Below are positions 49,465 to 61,810 of a stretch of 64,000 nt of DNA, in pieces (position 1 is the stretch's first letter; each line of letters opens with the position of its first letter). The notes beneath the pieces were generated by a model that worked only from the letters and a program-made list of their open reading frames with translations, had not been told where the DNA came from and searched no databases. Source of the DNA: Camelus ferus (taxonomy: Eukaryota); the NCBI RefSeq assembly GCF_009834535.1, contig NC_045696.1:91266001-91330000 (forward strand). The letters run 5' to 3'. The translations under genes were made by a program, and so were the position numbers.

Positions 49465-49495
49465 AAAGAAGATGTGGTGTGTATGTGTGTGAGAT

Positions 49496-49558
<63 letters not shown>

Positions 49559-50025
49559 GGAATATTACTCAGCCATAGAAAAGAGTGAAATCTTGCCATC
49601 TGTGACAACACAGATGGACCTAGAGGGTATTATGCTAAGAGAAATGTCAGAGAGAAAAAGATAAGTACCTTATGATTTCACTTATGTGTAAAATCTAAAA
49701 GAAAACAAAAGAACAAACATAAAACAGAAACAGACTTATAGTTACAGAGAACAAACTGTTGCTAGAGGGTAATGGGTGGGTGGGGGGATGAGAGAATAAC
49801 TGAGGGAGATTAAGAAGCACAAACTTTCAGTTACAAAATAAATGAGTCATAGAGATAAAATGTACAGCATGGGGAATATTGTCAATAAATTGTAATAACT
49901 TTGTGTGGCAACACATGGTAACTAGAAGTATTGTGTTGATCATTTTGTATTGTACGGAAATATCAAATCTCTATCTTGTGCACCTGAAACTAATATAATA
50001 TTGAAGGTCAATTATACTTCATTTA
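49465..50025 (+). mobile_element. L1 3' end (ORF2 C-terminus plus 3'UTR)
   Basis: MEYYSAIEKSEILPSVTTQMDLEGIMLREMS matches the ORF2p C-terminus; ends CACCTGAAACTAATATAATATTG...TCAATTATACTTCA. Confidence 0.9.
49499..49556. repeat. (TA)29 microsatellite
   Basis: Counted directly; uninterrupted. Confidence 0.95.
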
Positions 50026-51019
50026 GAATAGAATGCGATGGTTTATATTCTTTATAGAAATCAGTTTATTACACTGTCTTCTCCATGAGCAAAGTATTTG
50101 CCAGGATTTTTCCATTAACTTGTTTTATAATGTCTCTAACAAAACCACGCAAACTATGAGTTTTGTACTCATAGGTTTACTTTAAGGTTTACTCTGAATT
50201 TAGTTCCTTTTTTCCAAAAGTAGTTCAAACCAAAAAAAAAAAAAAATTCCATTGTGATATTCTTTCCTCCAATTCATCCAGTTAAGTTTTTCTGGGTTCA
50301 TAGATTCAGGGAAGTGATGAAAAACAGAAAGCGGAGGAAAAAAAATTCCCTTTTTCGTTTGAGTTTCAGAAGAGCAGGCCCGCAGGGGAACACACAGGAC
50401 TCCATATGGACAAAATATTTGAGAGGGAACCTCAAACATAAGAGCAAGGCTTCTATTTATCCCCTCTCCTGCTCCTTCTAGGAAAAGATTCTCTGAACTG
50501 AGAGCATAGAAGAGTTGGAGGAAAGTAACGAGTGCAGATGTTGGTGGGCCCTGTGCCTGCCCCTGGTAGCATGACTGCAGCACCAGGTTGAGAAGACCAA
50601 GCTGCAGCCAGCAGCACAGACTGACCAGCCTCCCAAGTGGTGCAGGAACTGTAGAATGGTTTGTTTTGCACCTAATAAGGACAGTGATGTGAACCAATGG
50701 ACTCAAGGGCCTTTGGATTAGGAAGGGGATGTCGCTCTAGTGGCCCTTGTGAACACTGACAGGGGCTCGGAAGGACAACAGGTGTCCTGGCAGGTACTAG
50801 TGTGGACACAGAATATGAAAAATCTTGAGGGGTCACCCATGTAACCCCCTACAACTTGGGTGCAACTTCAGGGAAGTGGAGGGGGGAACCACCTTGATTT
50901 AGATTAGATTTGCCTGCCTTGGTAGAGTGGAAATTTGTGAACAAAATGAATTATTTAAATAATCATATTTTGCACGCTGGTGTTGTAGGCAGTGATTATT
51001 TTATTGACCAAATGAGGTT

Positions 51020-52040
51020 TGGAGATACATAGTTGGAGAGAAGGATAATAAATGAGCAAGCAGATAAATTATTAAAATAATCATAGCCTGTGAAAAGCAT
51101 TAGGAAGAAAGTGAATAAGGTACCAGAGAATAACCAGGAGATCTGCCTATCTTGGATGATCAGGAAAAGCCTGAAAGAACAGCCAGCACAAGGCCCTGAG
51201 GTGGAGAGCTTGACTTGCTCTGGATTCCACAGAAGGCCAGCTGAGTGAAGTGAGGGTTGGGATAAAGCTGGACAGGTGGGCAGGGACCAGAGTTTAGAGG
51301 GTCTGTGGGCCATGATAAGGTTGGGATTTTATTTTCTGTGCAATGAGATGCCACTGAAGGGTTTTAAGCAAAAGAAGTCAGAGTCAAATCTATATTGTAA
51401 GAAGACTAATTAGGCTGTTGTATGAGGACCAGATTGTTGGGGAGAGGGACAAAAATAGGAGTGAGGCACCAGTGAGAGGCTCCTGCAGTGATCTGGACCA
51501 GAGATGATGGAATCTTGAACTAAAGTGGAATGTGAAATGGAGAGAAAACAGTAGAAAAATATAAAATGTATTTTAGATACAGGATCAAGAGATCTGGCTG
51601 TTACATCTGGGTTTGGAAAGAGGCAAAAGTTGGAATCAGGATGACTTCTAGGTATCTGGCTTTAATATCTGGAAAATACTAGGGGCATTTCCTGAAATTG
51701 GGGAAAGGGAGATGCTGGGAGGATGGTGATACCTGTTCTGGGTTGTGGTGGAAAATTCCTTGTTCCATTTGGACTTGTTCGGTTTGATAGGACAAGAAGT
51801 CGTCCACGTGGAGTCGTCAGGTCTAAGGTATAAGTTGTCAGGTATATTTAGGTATAAGCTGGGTGTTCAGAGGAGAGATCTGGGGAGATATAAGCTTCAG
51901 AGTCATCACTCTATAAATGGTTTTCAAAGTCATGGATATGGATGAGATGGATTCGGGAAAGAGCATGATGGAGAAGCAAAGGGGGCATAGAACTGAGCAG
52001 GACTCCAGCATTTAGAGGTCTGGCAGGTAAGGAGGACAAA
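51020..52040 (-). mobile_element. L2 LINE, ~1 kb fragment
   Basis: GCCACTGAAGGGTTTTAAGCA...GAGATGATGG...GGATGACTTCTAGGTATCTGGC...TCAGAGGAGAGATCTGGG...CTCCAGCATTTAGAGG. Confidence 0.8.
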
Positions 52041-52765
52041 GTAAGCTTTACTTTAAATTTAAAGATGTACTTCATAGTTCTTTACTCTTTGTGATAGCTT
52101 TGCTTGGTGAATCGTGCAGCCGACAGGGAAGCAGCGTAAAACGGCGCCCTTCCTCATCTATGACCCCCTCCTAAGGCTCTGAGTAAGTCCCCTCCAATAT
52201 TAGTTTCCTGAGCTACACAAAAAGGCCCCTGTGGTAGCAGCCACTACCTTCCTTGCAAGGTTTGGTGAGAAGTGTCAAGACGGAATTAAATTCAGGCACG
52301 AAGATTTACATTCAAATGCCAGCCATTTTCTCAGTCTTTCTGAATAGTCCAGACTTTGTATTTTAGGCCTTTAGAAATTCTAATAATGCAAACGGAATCA
52401 AAATCATCATTCATATTATTAACAAGCATTTTTGAGTAATGTTTTGAGTAAGTGCCTAATAAAGTTTAAGAAATAAAAGTAACTCATGTTTATTAAAGAG
52501 GAATTACTAGGTCTCCCTTCATAAGCTTCAATATCCTGCTTAATGGATTCCATACAACATAGCATAGAAATCCAGTGAATGAATTATGGAGAAACAGTCC
52601 ACAAACATTATATGGTTTCCTTTTTTACTGTTGTTCCCCCTCCATGAAATAACAATGAGGCCTGTAGTTTGAATAAAGCCATTTCTTATAACAGAATGAA
52701 AGCATTAGGGTGACCCTGGTTGTATTTTAGCTGCCTGGCAAGAACACCAAAAGCTTTACGGTCAG

Positions 52766-52785
52766 AACGTGCCCCCTAGTGGAAG
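52766..52785 (-). promoter_or_regulatory. CTCF-binding motif (candidate)
   Basis: Minus strand TTCCACTAGGGGGCACGT; core CCACTAGGGGGCAC at 52769-52782 is essentially consensus. Confidence 0.7.
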
Positions 52786-53064
52786 ATGTGAGTAAGTAGA
52801 AGTGGAGAGGAAACGATCCTCAGCTCAAGATCTAGTGAGAACTGAGGGTGAGGAGAGACCTAAGGAGGCAATGAATAAAATGCTTGTTGACCACAGTTTG
52901 TAAAGAGCTGTGTAAGAAAGAAGGCACTTCATCAAATAAGGAAATTAGTGTAGCTGGGTGGAAGGGAGAGCCTGGGGCAATTAAGCCTGCAGCCTTAGGT
53001 TCTAGAAAACTTGAATCATTCATGAGGAGTTATAAATGAAAAAGTCATTAAGTGAAGCCTTGTA

Positions 53065-53325
53065 AAGTGGTGCAGAGGTGTGTTGTCTCTGAGCTCTGCC
53101 TGCCTGGGTCTGGATCTTGGCTCTGCACGTAACTGCATGACTTCAGGGAGTCGTTTTGTTGTTCTCTAAGCTCCTATCAGCCCATCTGTAAAGCAGAATA
53201 ATCACAGTGCCCTATTAGGTGTTGGTTGTTGTATAGATTCGGGTGTTGTGAGGGGCAAATGAAACAATGTTTAGAAAGTGTTTTGAGTATAGTGACTGCT
53301 GTTCTATAAGAGCTGTCACTATTAC
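53065..53325 (+). mobile_element. MIR SINE
   Basis: TGCCTGGGTCTGGATCTTGGCTCTGC...CATCTGTAAAGCAGAATAAT...GTTGTGAGGGGCAAATGA. Confidence 0.7.
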
Positions 53326-54147
53326 CTGCCAGGGGTGCATTTAAAATCAGGGAAAGACATTTGCATTTCTATTTTTAAAAATGCCTTCCAGATACAGACA
53401 TTCATCAACTACAGAGGGAAACTTTGGGGCTCTATGAACATTGTGAGACCAGAGATTTTTGAACTTTTTTGCAAGATACCCAGATATCATAAACCAGGTT
53501 GTATTTGCTCATCTGTCATATATGTGTCACAACAGAACGGTGTCCAGACATATTTGGATCTGTGTGAAAAATTTGTTTTTACAGTTTGACAGTTGAGGTG
53601 AAGTCAGTCAGGGCTGGATAGCTGTCTGAGCAGGGCTGACAGGGTGAGTGGTGTGGGGCAAGGATCAACTTGCTGTGAGTGACAGATAAATGGGGAGATG
53701 GAAAATCAGCTGGGGCTACAGGAAAGACACAGGTTTACTGGAACACAGAAGAGTTGTGCTCCAGGAGAACACACGAGAGCATTCTCAGGGCAGTAACCAT
53801 TTCCACTCAAGTGGAGACATGGTGCCAATAGGCAAACAGAAGAATAGCAGGTTAGTTACAGGAAGTTTTCTGGGTTTTCTGAAACTTGCTTTAAACAAAT
53901 AAAAAAAGTGTTTATCTTTTAATTCCCTCAAATGTGCTGCCAAACATTCAGATATTTGAAAAGGTCAAGAAGCACTGGTGGAGCTAAGAATCTCCAGCTG
54001 GAAGGAGGGAGGTGGGGCTGTGTGTGCCTTGGGTCTGGGGCCTCACAGGAGGCCCAAGACTCTCTCTTAGAAGGAGGCCTCAGGGAGAGGTGCTGATAGA
54101 TGGCTCTGCCCACCTCTCTCAGTGAAGGAGTCCACAAGCTGGACTTA

Positions 54148-54374
54148 GTTTTTTTATTATTAAAAAAATTAATATGCCTCAGTTTATCTTTTTTTAATTG
54201 AAATATAGTCGATTTATAATGTGTTAATTTCTGGTGTACAGCATAGTGATTCATTTATACATATACATATATCCTCCTTTTCATATTCTTTTTCATTATA
54301 GGCTATTACAAGGTTGAATATAGTTCCCTGTGCTATACAGTAGGACCTTGTTGTTTATCTATTTTATATATAGT
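54148..54374 (-). mobile_element. Short L1 3' end with probable 3' transduction and TSD
   Basis: CACAAGCTGGA at 54133-54143 and 54375-54385; antisense L1 3' end 54190-54374; extra segment 54148-54189 with its own T-run. Confidence 0.8.
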
Positions 54375-54696
54375 CACAAGCTGGATTTTAAGTACAAATT
54401 TGTGAAATAGTTATCAGATGGGGAATTCCATTTCAATTAACTAACATTCAGTAGTTACCGGCCTTTTTCTTCACTTTAAATCAGTATAAAGGGTAAGTTT
54501 CTCTTGTTTTCCCAAATCACAAAATAATAGCTCAATAAGCTTTGGAAATTAATTCATTCTGGTGATTGTTATGAAATGAAACAAAACCAGCTTAATGGTT
54601 CTGATCATTGATATTGGGCTTCCAAGACTTTCCCTGCATCCATGTTTTCATTTTACAGAGGAGTAAACTGTAGGATGATAGCATAATGATCTAGAC

Positions 54697-54925
54697 CAGC
54701 AGTTAACAGACCAGTACCCTTGGGCCAAACCTGGCCGGGCTGCCTGGTTTTGTGAATAAGGTATTATAGGTACACAGCCGAGCCTGTCTGCTGCGTCTCG
54801 TACAGCTGCTTCCCACTGCGACCGAGGGCTGAGTTACTGTGACAGAGACCTGGAGACTGTGTGGCTTGAAGACACACAGCTGTCTGTCCCTTCATAGGTT
54901 CATATAGAGCATCTACCCACCCATG
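54697..54925 (+). mobile_element. MER58A-like hAT element
   Basis: GGGCCAAACCTGGCC...GTTTTGTGAATAAGGTATTATAGGTACACAGCC...GCTGAGTTACTGTGACAGAGACC. Confidence 0.75.
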
Positions 54926-55528
54926 CCGATTGAGGTGTGCTGAAAAGTATGTTCATTTATACTATCTTGTTGTTTATATCCTGAGAACATAGCCTCACTA
55001 TTCTCAAATACCGTTTTAATTTTTATTATTGTATTTTTGAAGTATATTAAAGCAAAATCTATCTGTCTGTAACATAAAATACCTTACCTTGGTGCAGATG
55101 TTTCTTCAAACCTATAACCTGGCTCTTTCTACTTAATAGAAATTAAAGGTGCCTAGGGTTCTCTCACCTTTGAAAAAAATGGATTGACAAACATGTCTGG
55201 AGACTCTGTTTATTTCCTAAGAGTCATGTGAGCAGCCAAGTGTAAAATCTGGGCAAGAACCCAGGTCCTCTGACCCCTGACACAGGCCCTGGTGGTGCTT
55301 CTCTCTGCCTCCCCATTGACAGGGCTCTCTGAGCACCCACTGTGCCTGAAGGAATCATTTTGGAGTCAGTGACATGGAGTCAGAGACAGAAGGTTTGTTT
55401 TCCAAATGTATAGAGTCAATTCTAAGCCTTCAGCAGCAGAGAGAGTAGCTAAGGATTTCTGTTATCTTTCTGCCTGACCTTGTTTAGAATTACTCCTTGA
55501 TTTCTTTGTTTATCTCATTTATGCATGA

Positions 55529-55551
55529 TGTGTGTGTGTGTGTGTGTGTGT
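55529..55551. repeat. (TG)n microsatellite
   Basis: Read directly. Confidence 0.95.
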
Positions 55552-56969
55552 AGTCCCCAGTTTCCATGAACAAACCTTAAGCAAATGAGAAAAGTGCCTT
55601 AAGGTCTAACTAGGACAATGATACTCTAGTAAATATTGATTTTGATACCATTTGAGCCCTGGGGTCCAGAATATGAAAATTCCAAATGGTTATTATTCAG
55701 ATCAATCAGTTGAGAGCACATCACCACCTCAGAGGAGCTGCCAGCTCAATTAGCACACAAGGCATCCACTCTGTACTTCCTGGATGCAGCTCACATCACC
55801 CAGGACCCTGCGCCGACAACACTGTGGTTAAGAATATGTCACAGTGAATCAACAAAATATGCAGTTTGATCAGCATATTCTGAGAGCAGATCATTAAAAT
55901 ATGCAACCAGATCCCCCAAGTGCATGAAAAATTAACTAACAAGTTTTGTATCTTGATCAGTTTAATGAGTGAGAAGTCACTGAACAAGAATGTCAAATTG
56001 TAAAGTCTGGCGAGGGGGCAAATGATTATCTGAGAGGAGCTGGGAAGGCCAGAGCTAATATGTTGGTTTTCCAAACACTAGTCCTTAGAATTCAATGTCA
56101 GAGAGAGCTGATTAGTAATAAGATGTTGTCCAGCCTGTGTCCAGCAGGATGTGATGAGAAGTAGAGCCTTTTGATGTCAATGAAACATCGATCCTCCCTT
56201 TCAGGCTTCCCTGAGTCTTAATGGACTCAGCCATGCGCTTAGAAGCCCCTGCCCATGACATCATATACACATGTGTGCAACTAAGAGGCAGTGGCAGCCT
56301 CTAGAAATATCTAAACCACCTGACCTTAAAGAGCAGCTAAATGGAAGGAAAAAAATTTAATCAGACTGTTATCAGATGTACCGTGCCATTGAGAAAGAAG
56401 CAAGGCTTAATCAACCAGAAATGACCCAGCTAGAAAGTTAGTGGAGAATTTGAGTAAATTAACCCGAGTGGTTGATCACCGAGGAGTTGTGAATTGGATT
56501 GTCACTGAATACTGTAGGGTCTGCTATCACCCTGCTATTGGCAGGACACTAACGGGGAGGTTGACAATCCACTTTCAACACAGCCACACAGGCCCCCAGT
56601 GACTTGGCCCACATATAAACAGGGACTTGGGCACCAGTCTATTAATTCTGCTCTGCTACCTTATCTCGGCTGACCGGCTGGCATTGCAGCTGCAGGGGTA
56701 TTGGTTTCCCAGGGAATAAATTTACCCCCGTCTATAATGAGCTGGGCAACAGAGAGATGGCAATCCCAAATAAAAAGCAGAAAACAAATCCAAATGGGAA
56801 ACATTCTGCAGACAAAGGAAAAGACTGCCAGTCTGGTGCACGCTGACGTTGGAGCAGGCTGCCAGTTGCCCTTCTGTTGAACGTGTACTGTTGGGGCAGA
56901 GGAGGTGGGAGAGAGACTGGTTTTTGTTTCATTTTTGTTTTTGTTTTTTGGTCTTTCTAAATTTGATTA

Positions 56970-57278
56970 GATTCTCCCAAAGTGTAGCACATGGACATAC
57001 CCGAAATGACTTTTGGTCAAATATAATATATGGACAAACTTTTAAACATGGTAATAGTAATGATTTTATTTTCATGAATATTAGCCAAAACAGAAATAGC
57101 ACATCAAACTCATGATTTGACTAATATTATTTCTTAGAGTGAGGTAAAGATACCAGAAGTGAGTCAAATTCAAGCAAATTTAAAGAAAAATACCACATAT
57201 ACTATAGGGCATAGATAGGAAATGGATATGTCAAAAGTCATAAAAGGGTTTTCAAATGGCTGAAGTTTAGGAAAATTG
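56970..57278 (-). mobile_element. hAT-Charlie element, MER113-like
   Basis: AAGTGAGTCAAAT...TTAAAGAAAAATA...GGATATGTCAAAAGTCAT...AATGGCTGAAGTTTAGGAAAATTG. Confidence 0.6.
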
Positions 57279-57982
57279 AGCTAGAATATTTTTCTTGGGT
57301 GAAAAAATTTTATGCAATTCAGCCTAAGAAAGAGTTGTCTGTGTATGTGTTGTAAAGATGTATGTTTCTGTTTAAAGTGATTTTAAATAAAAAAGAAGAA
57401 TGGAGGACAAGAATAAACACACCATGGAAATTAAAGAAGGATTTCAAAATTTGTCACTTATCCCATTTCATTTGTCAGATGGGCTAAGAGAAGTTCTCCA
57501 GCTGTAAGCCTGGGAAGAGAAAAAAGTTAAGGGTCAACAGATATTTTTTCCATACTGTGTTTCAATGACACACATTACACATGGCTCAATGCTGCCGTGG
57601 GGCTCAAACTCAGGTCTGCACGATGGCCCTGGGAACCTCTGTTAATCTTTCTTAGATCAATCAGGAAATGTTAGTTATAAAAATTCATAATACACAGATG
57701 AAGGAATCTGAAAACACATCACTAGGGTTAGCGTTTTACCTCACTGTAGAGGAGGATGCAAAGTAAGAAGCTCAGACCAAGAGCACACTCTTAAGTCACT
57801 AACAGATTAATGAGCTGTCATAAAACCATTAAAGTACTCTTTGGATTACCAAAAAATAATTCTCAATTGTTAGATGTATTAATTAAATTTTTATTAAGAT
57901 TTTATTGTAAATTATAGCATGTATCAAAAATATGTATACCATGTATGCAGGTATGGCATGTCTACATATACACAAATACATA

Positions 57983-58116
57983 TTTTTAATTATTTATTTA
58001 TTTATTTACTTACTTACTTACTTACTTACTTATTTTAATGGAGGAACTGGGGATTGAACCCAGGACCCTGAGCACTGCTCTACCCCTGAGCTCTACCCAC
58101 CTCCGGGTAATTAGGC

Positions 58117-58151
<35 letters not shown>

Positions 58152-58162
58152 TTTGTATTTTT
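57983..58162 (-). mobile_element. tRNA-derived SINE, camelid Vic-1-like, with extra tail segment
   Basis: Minus strand body 58104-58037: A-box-like TAGAGCTCAGGGG, B box GGTTCAATCC (58051-58060), CCCAGTTCCTCCATTAAAA; (TAAG/TAAA)n tail; GGTAATTAGG(TTTA)n block at 58105-58162. Confidence 0.8.
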
Positions 58163-58164
58163 AA

Positions 58165-58770
58165 AGTAATAAGATATACCTGATTCTCCAGCCAGCTTAA
58201 GAAATAGAAAATGACTAGTATTTCAGAGTGTCCAGTGTGCTCTCCCAACAACAACCCCATTCCCTCTTGTCTCCAGGTACCTACGTTACTGAGTTTAATG
58301 ATCATTCCCTTGCCTTTCTTTATAATCTTACTATGTGTGCATGTACCCCTAAGCTATGTTTTATCTAATATTTCCTGTCCTTCAATATTATATTGAAGGA
58401 ATCACACTGTATGGATTGCTCGTAACTTGCTTTTCTCACTCAATATTATGATTCTAGTCTTGACACATGTTAATATGCATAGATTTAGTTTATTCAGTTT
58501 TACTCCCATTACTGTTCCTGTGAATATACCACAGTAATCTCTTCACTATACTGTCCATGGACATTTCAGTTGTTTTCATTTTTTTTGTTATTATGAACAA
58601 AGCTGCTCTCACAGGTCTCCTGGTGTTCAAGGGCAAGAGCTTCCCTTGGGTTATAACTTAAGGCTGGGATTCCTAGGTGCTGGGTATGTGCTCCCTCCAC
58701 TTCATAAGACAGTGACACATTGTTTTCCAAAATAGTTTTATCCGTTTAAACAACCGCTATTTACAATGGC
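58165..58770 (-). mobile_element. Old L1 (L1ME-like) 3' region
   Basis: GCTTTTCTCACTCAATATTATG...GTGAATATACCACAG...GGACATTTCAGTTGTTTTCA...TTGTTTTCCAAAATAG. Confidence 0.7.
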
Positions 58771-58779
58771 ACCAACAAT

Positions 58780-60150
58780 AAAATGAGTGCATCTTTATCT
58801 TATATTATACACAAAAATTAACTCAAAATGGATTAAAGATTTAAATATAAGACCCAAAACTATAAAACTTCTAGAAGAAAACATAGGGAAAAAGCTTTTT
58901 GATGTTGGTCTTGGCAATGAGTTTTTGGATGTAACACCAAAAGCACAGGCAATAAAAGCAAAAATTAATAAATGAGAGATTACATCAAACTAAAACCTTC
59001 TGCAAAGCAAAGGAAACAATCAACAGAATGAAAAGGCAACATATGATGGGAGAAAATATTTGTAAACCATTTATCTAATAAGGAGTTAATATTCAAACTA
59101 TACAAGAAAATCCAATAACTCCAATAGCAAAAACAAAAACACCACCACCAACAAAAAACCCAAAATAACCCAATTTAAGATGAGCAACGGACTTAGACTA
59201 TTTCTCCAAAAAAGAAGTACAAGTGGCCACCAGGTATATGGAAAGATGCTCAGCATCACTAATCATCAGGAAAATGCAAATCAAAGCCATAATGAGATAT
59301 TACCGCCACCTGTTAGGATTGCTATTATCAAAGAAACAAAAGATAACAAATGTTGGCAAGGATGTAAGGAAGTTGAAATACTTGTATACTGCTGGGGGGT
59401 ATGAAAATTGGTGTAGCCACTATGGAAAACAATGTGGAGATTCCTCAAGAAATTAAAAATAGAACTACCATATGATCCAGCAATTCCACTTCTGGGTTTA
59501 TATCCAAAAGAATTGAAATCAGGATCACAAAGAGATATCTGCATTCCCATTTTCACTGCAGAATTATTCACAGCAGCTTAAATATGGAAGCAATCCAAAT
59601 GTCCATTGACAGATGAATGGATAAAGGAAATGTGGTATATACACAAAATGGAATATTATTCATTCAACCTTAAAAAAAAGAAAATGCTGCCATATATGAC
59701 AACATGGATGAACCTGAAGGACAATATACTAGGTGAAATAAGCCAGTCACAGAAAGACAGATACTGCATGGTCCATTTATATGAGGTATCTAAAACAGTA
59801 AAACTCATAGGAGCAGAGAATAGAATAGTGGTTACCAGGGGCTGGGGGCAGCCGGGAGTGAGGAGTTGTTCAATGGGTATAAAGTTTCAGTTATGCAAAA
59901 TAAACAAGTCCCAGAGATCTGCTACATAACATAGTTCCTATAGTTAACAGTACTGTATTGCGCACTTAAAAATTTTGTTAAGAGGGGAGAGCTCGTGTTA
60001 AGCATTCTTACTCACAGAAACAAAACCAAAAACAAAGGAGCACAAGGAAACTTTGGGGATGATGGATATATCTCTTACCCTGACTTTGACTGCAGTGAGG
60101 TTTCATGAAAGACTATATGCATATATCCAAAGTCATCAAATTGTATATGA
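58780..60150 (+). mobile_element. L1 ORF2 C-terminal region plus 3'UTR (L1MA9/10-like)
   Basis: [27 protein letters not shown]...[13 protein letters not shown] and TDEWIKEMWYIHKMEYYS match ORF2p; frameshifted. Confidence 0.92.
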
Positions 60151-60159
60151 AAAAACTAA

Positions 60160-61810
60160 TCTATTGAAAACTATCTAATCTATTGAAAGAAGATTTAAAT
60201 AATTTTGGAATTATAACATGCTATCTACAGGGAAATTCAATATGATGTAAATATTAACTCTCCTCAAGTTAACTGTAAATGTCATGATATTCCAATCAAA
60301 ATTTAGATAGGGTTTTACAGGGAAGTTATCATCTTTATCTGGAGTTTACATGGAAATTCAAAGGGCTAAGAATAGCCAGAATAATTTTGCAAAAGAAAAA
60401 GATGAGGCAACTTGCTCTACCACCCGTGCTCATTAAGACAATGTGTTATTAGTGCAAAGACAGGTTATATATTAAAAGAAGAAAACATAGAACCCAGAAA
60501 CAGAGCATTCTCTAGAAGGAAATGGTATAGATGGCAATGGCAATGCAGATCACTGGAAGGGATAAGCTCCTGAGTAAATGGTATCCTGACTATTGGTTGA
60601 CTATATGAGGGAGAATAAAATAGATCCCTATATACCATTACTTACGACAATTAATTCCTTGTGGATTAAAAACTTAAATGTAAAAGGCAAAACTATAAAA
60701 AAGACTTTTAGGAGAAAGTAAAGGAGAAGATATTTATGATCTCAGTGTACAAAAGGATTTCTTAAATAAGACACAAAAAAACACAATGCATAAAGAAAAA
60801 GATTTATAATTTTGATTACATGAAAATCAAGATGTGACAAGGCATTTAAAAATATCATAAAGAGAGTGAAATTCAGAGCACAGACTAGGAGGATATATAT
60901 CTAGAAAGGAACTCATCAAAAATGCATAGAAAGAGTTCCTGTGGATCATTAAGAAAAAGATAACCAAACAGGAAAATAGGCAAAAGACATGAATAGCATT
61001 TCACAGGAGAAAAATATGAATAACAAATATTAAAAGATGATCAAACTCATTGGTGATCAAGAAATTGTAATTTAAAAGGAGGGTAAGATAATTTCACACT
61101 CGCCCAATTGGCAACACTTAAAAAGTCAAGCAATGTTGTCTGTTGATGATGATGTAGAGCTAAGAACTCTCACCCAGTGCAGATGAGAATGTAAATCAGA
61201 ACAACTACTTTGGAAAATAAATACGCATTTTTCAGTATAGTGAAGTGTCACATGTCCTATGACCAAAGAATTTCACTTCTAAGTGTATACCCAAGGGAAA
61301 TAACTTGCACATTTGTACCAGGAGACATGTATAAGAATTTCCAGAGCAGACTCTCCAGAATAACAAACATGGAGCAAACCAGAAGCCTATCAACAAAGAA
61401 TACATAAAGTGGGACAAAAGCCTAGAATGGAATTCCATGCAACTGTTAAATCAGCCACATCTCCATGGAAGAATCACAAAAACAGATTGTTGTGTGAAAA
61501 ACATTGAGTCACAAACACTGATTCACAGAAGAACATATGCTATATTATCCAATTATTATTTCAAACAATTGTTAAATATTGAGATAAACACATAGGTTAT
61601 AAAACTATTTTTAAAAAGACAATGATGATATACAATTCAAATAGTGCCTTATTTCTGGGTGAGGAAAGGGAGGGAAAATTGAAGAGGGGCACATATTCTA
61701 ATTGCAGTTTATTTCTTAAGCTGGATGGTAAGTACATGAGTGTTCATTTTATCATCATCCCTTAGATTGTGTAACTAAAAATATACATTCATTTGTATAT
61801 ACTACAGAGC
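60160..61810 (+). mobile_element. Older L1 (L1ME/MD-like) ORF2 and 3' region
   Basis: AAAGGGCTAAGAATAGCCAG...AACCCAGAAACAGA...TGGATTAAAAACTTAAATGTAAAAGG...CCTATGACCAAAGAATTTCACTTCTAAGTGTATACCCAAG. Confidence 0.8.

Noticed and set aside
49768..49788. G-quadruplex-like GGG runs
   Set aside because: Standard G-rich tract of the L1 3'UTR.
50200..50706. 168-aa minus ORF
   Set aside because: No recognisable homology; includes homopolymer-derived residues; consistent with chance.
55082..55180. Minus-strand exon candidate (AAG acceptor, AAG|GTAAGG donor)
   Set aside because: Weak AAG acceptor and no link to other exons.
58037..58104. tRNA-like sequence with A and B boxes
   Set aside because: Has a SINE tail and a shortened anticodon region; a SINE, not a tRNA gene.
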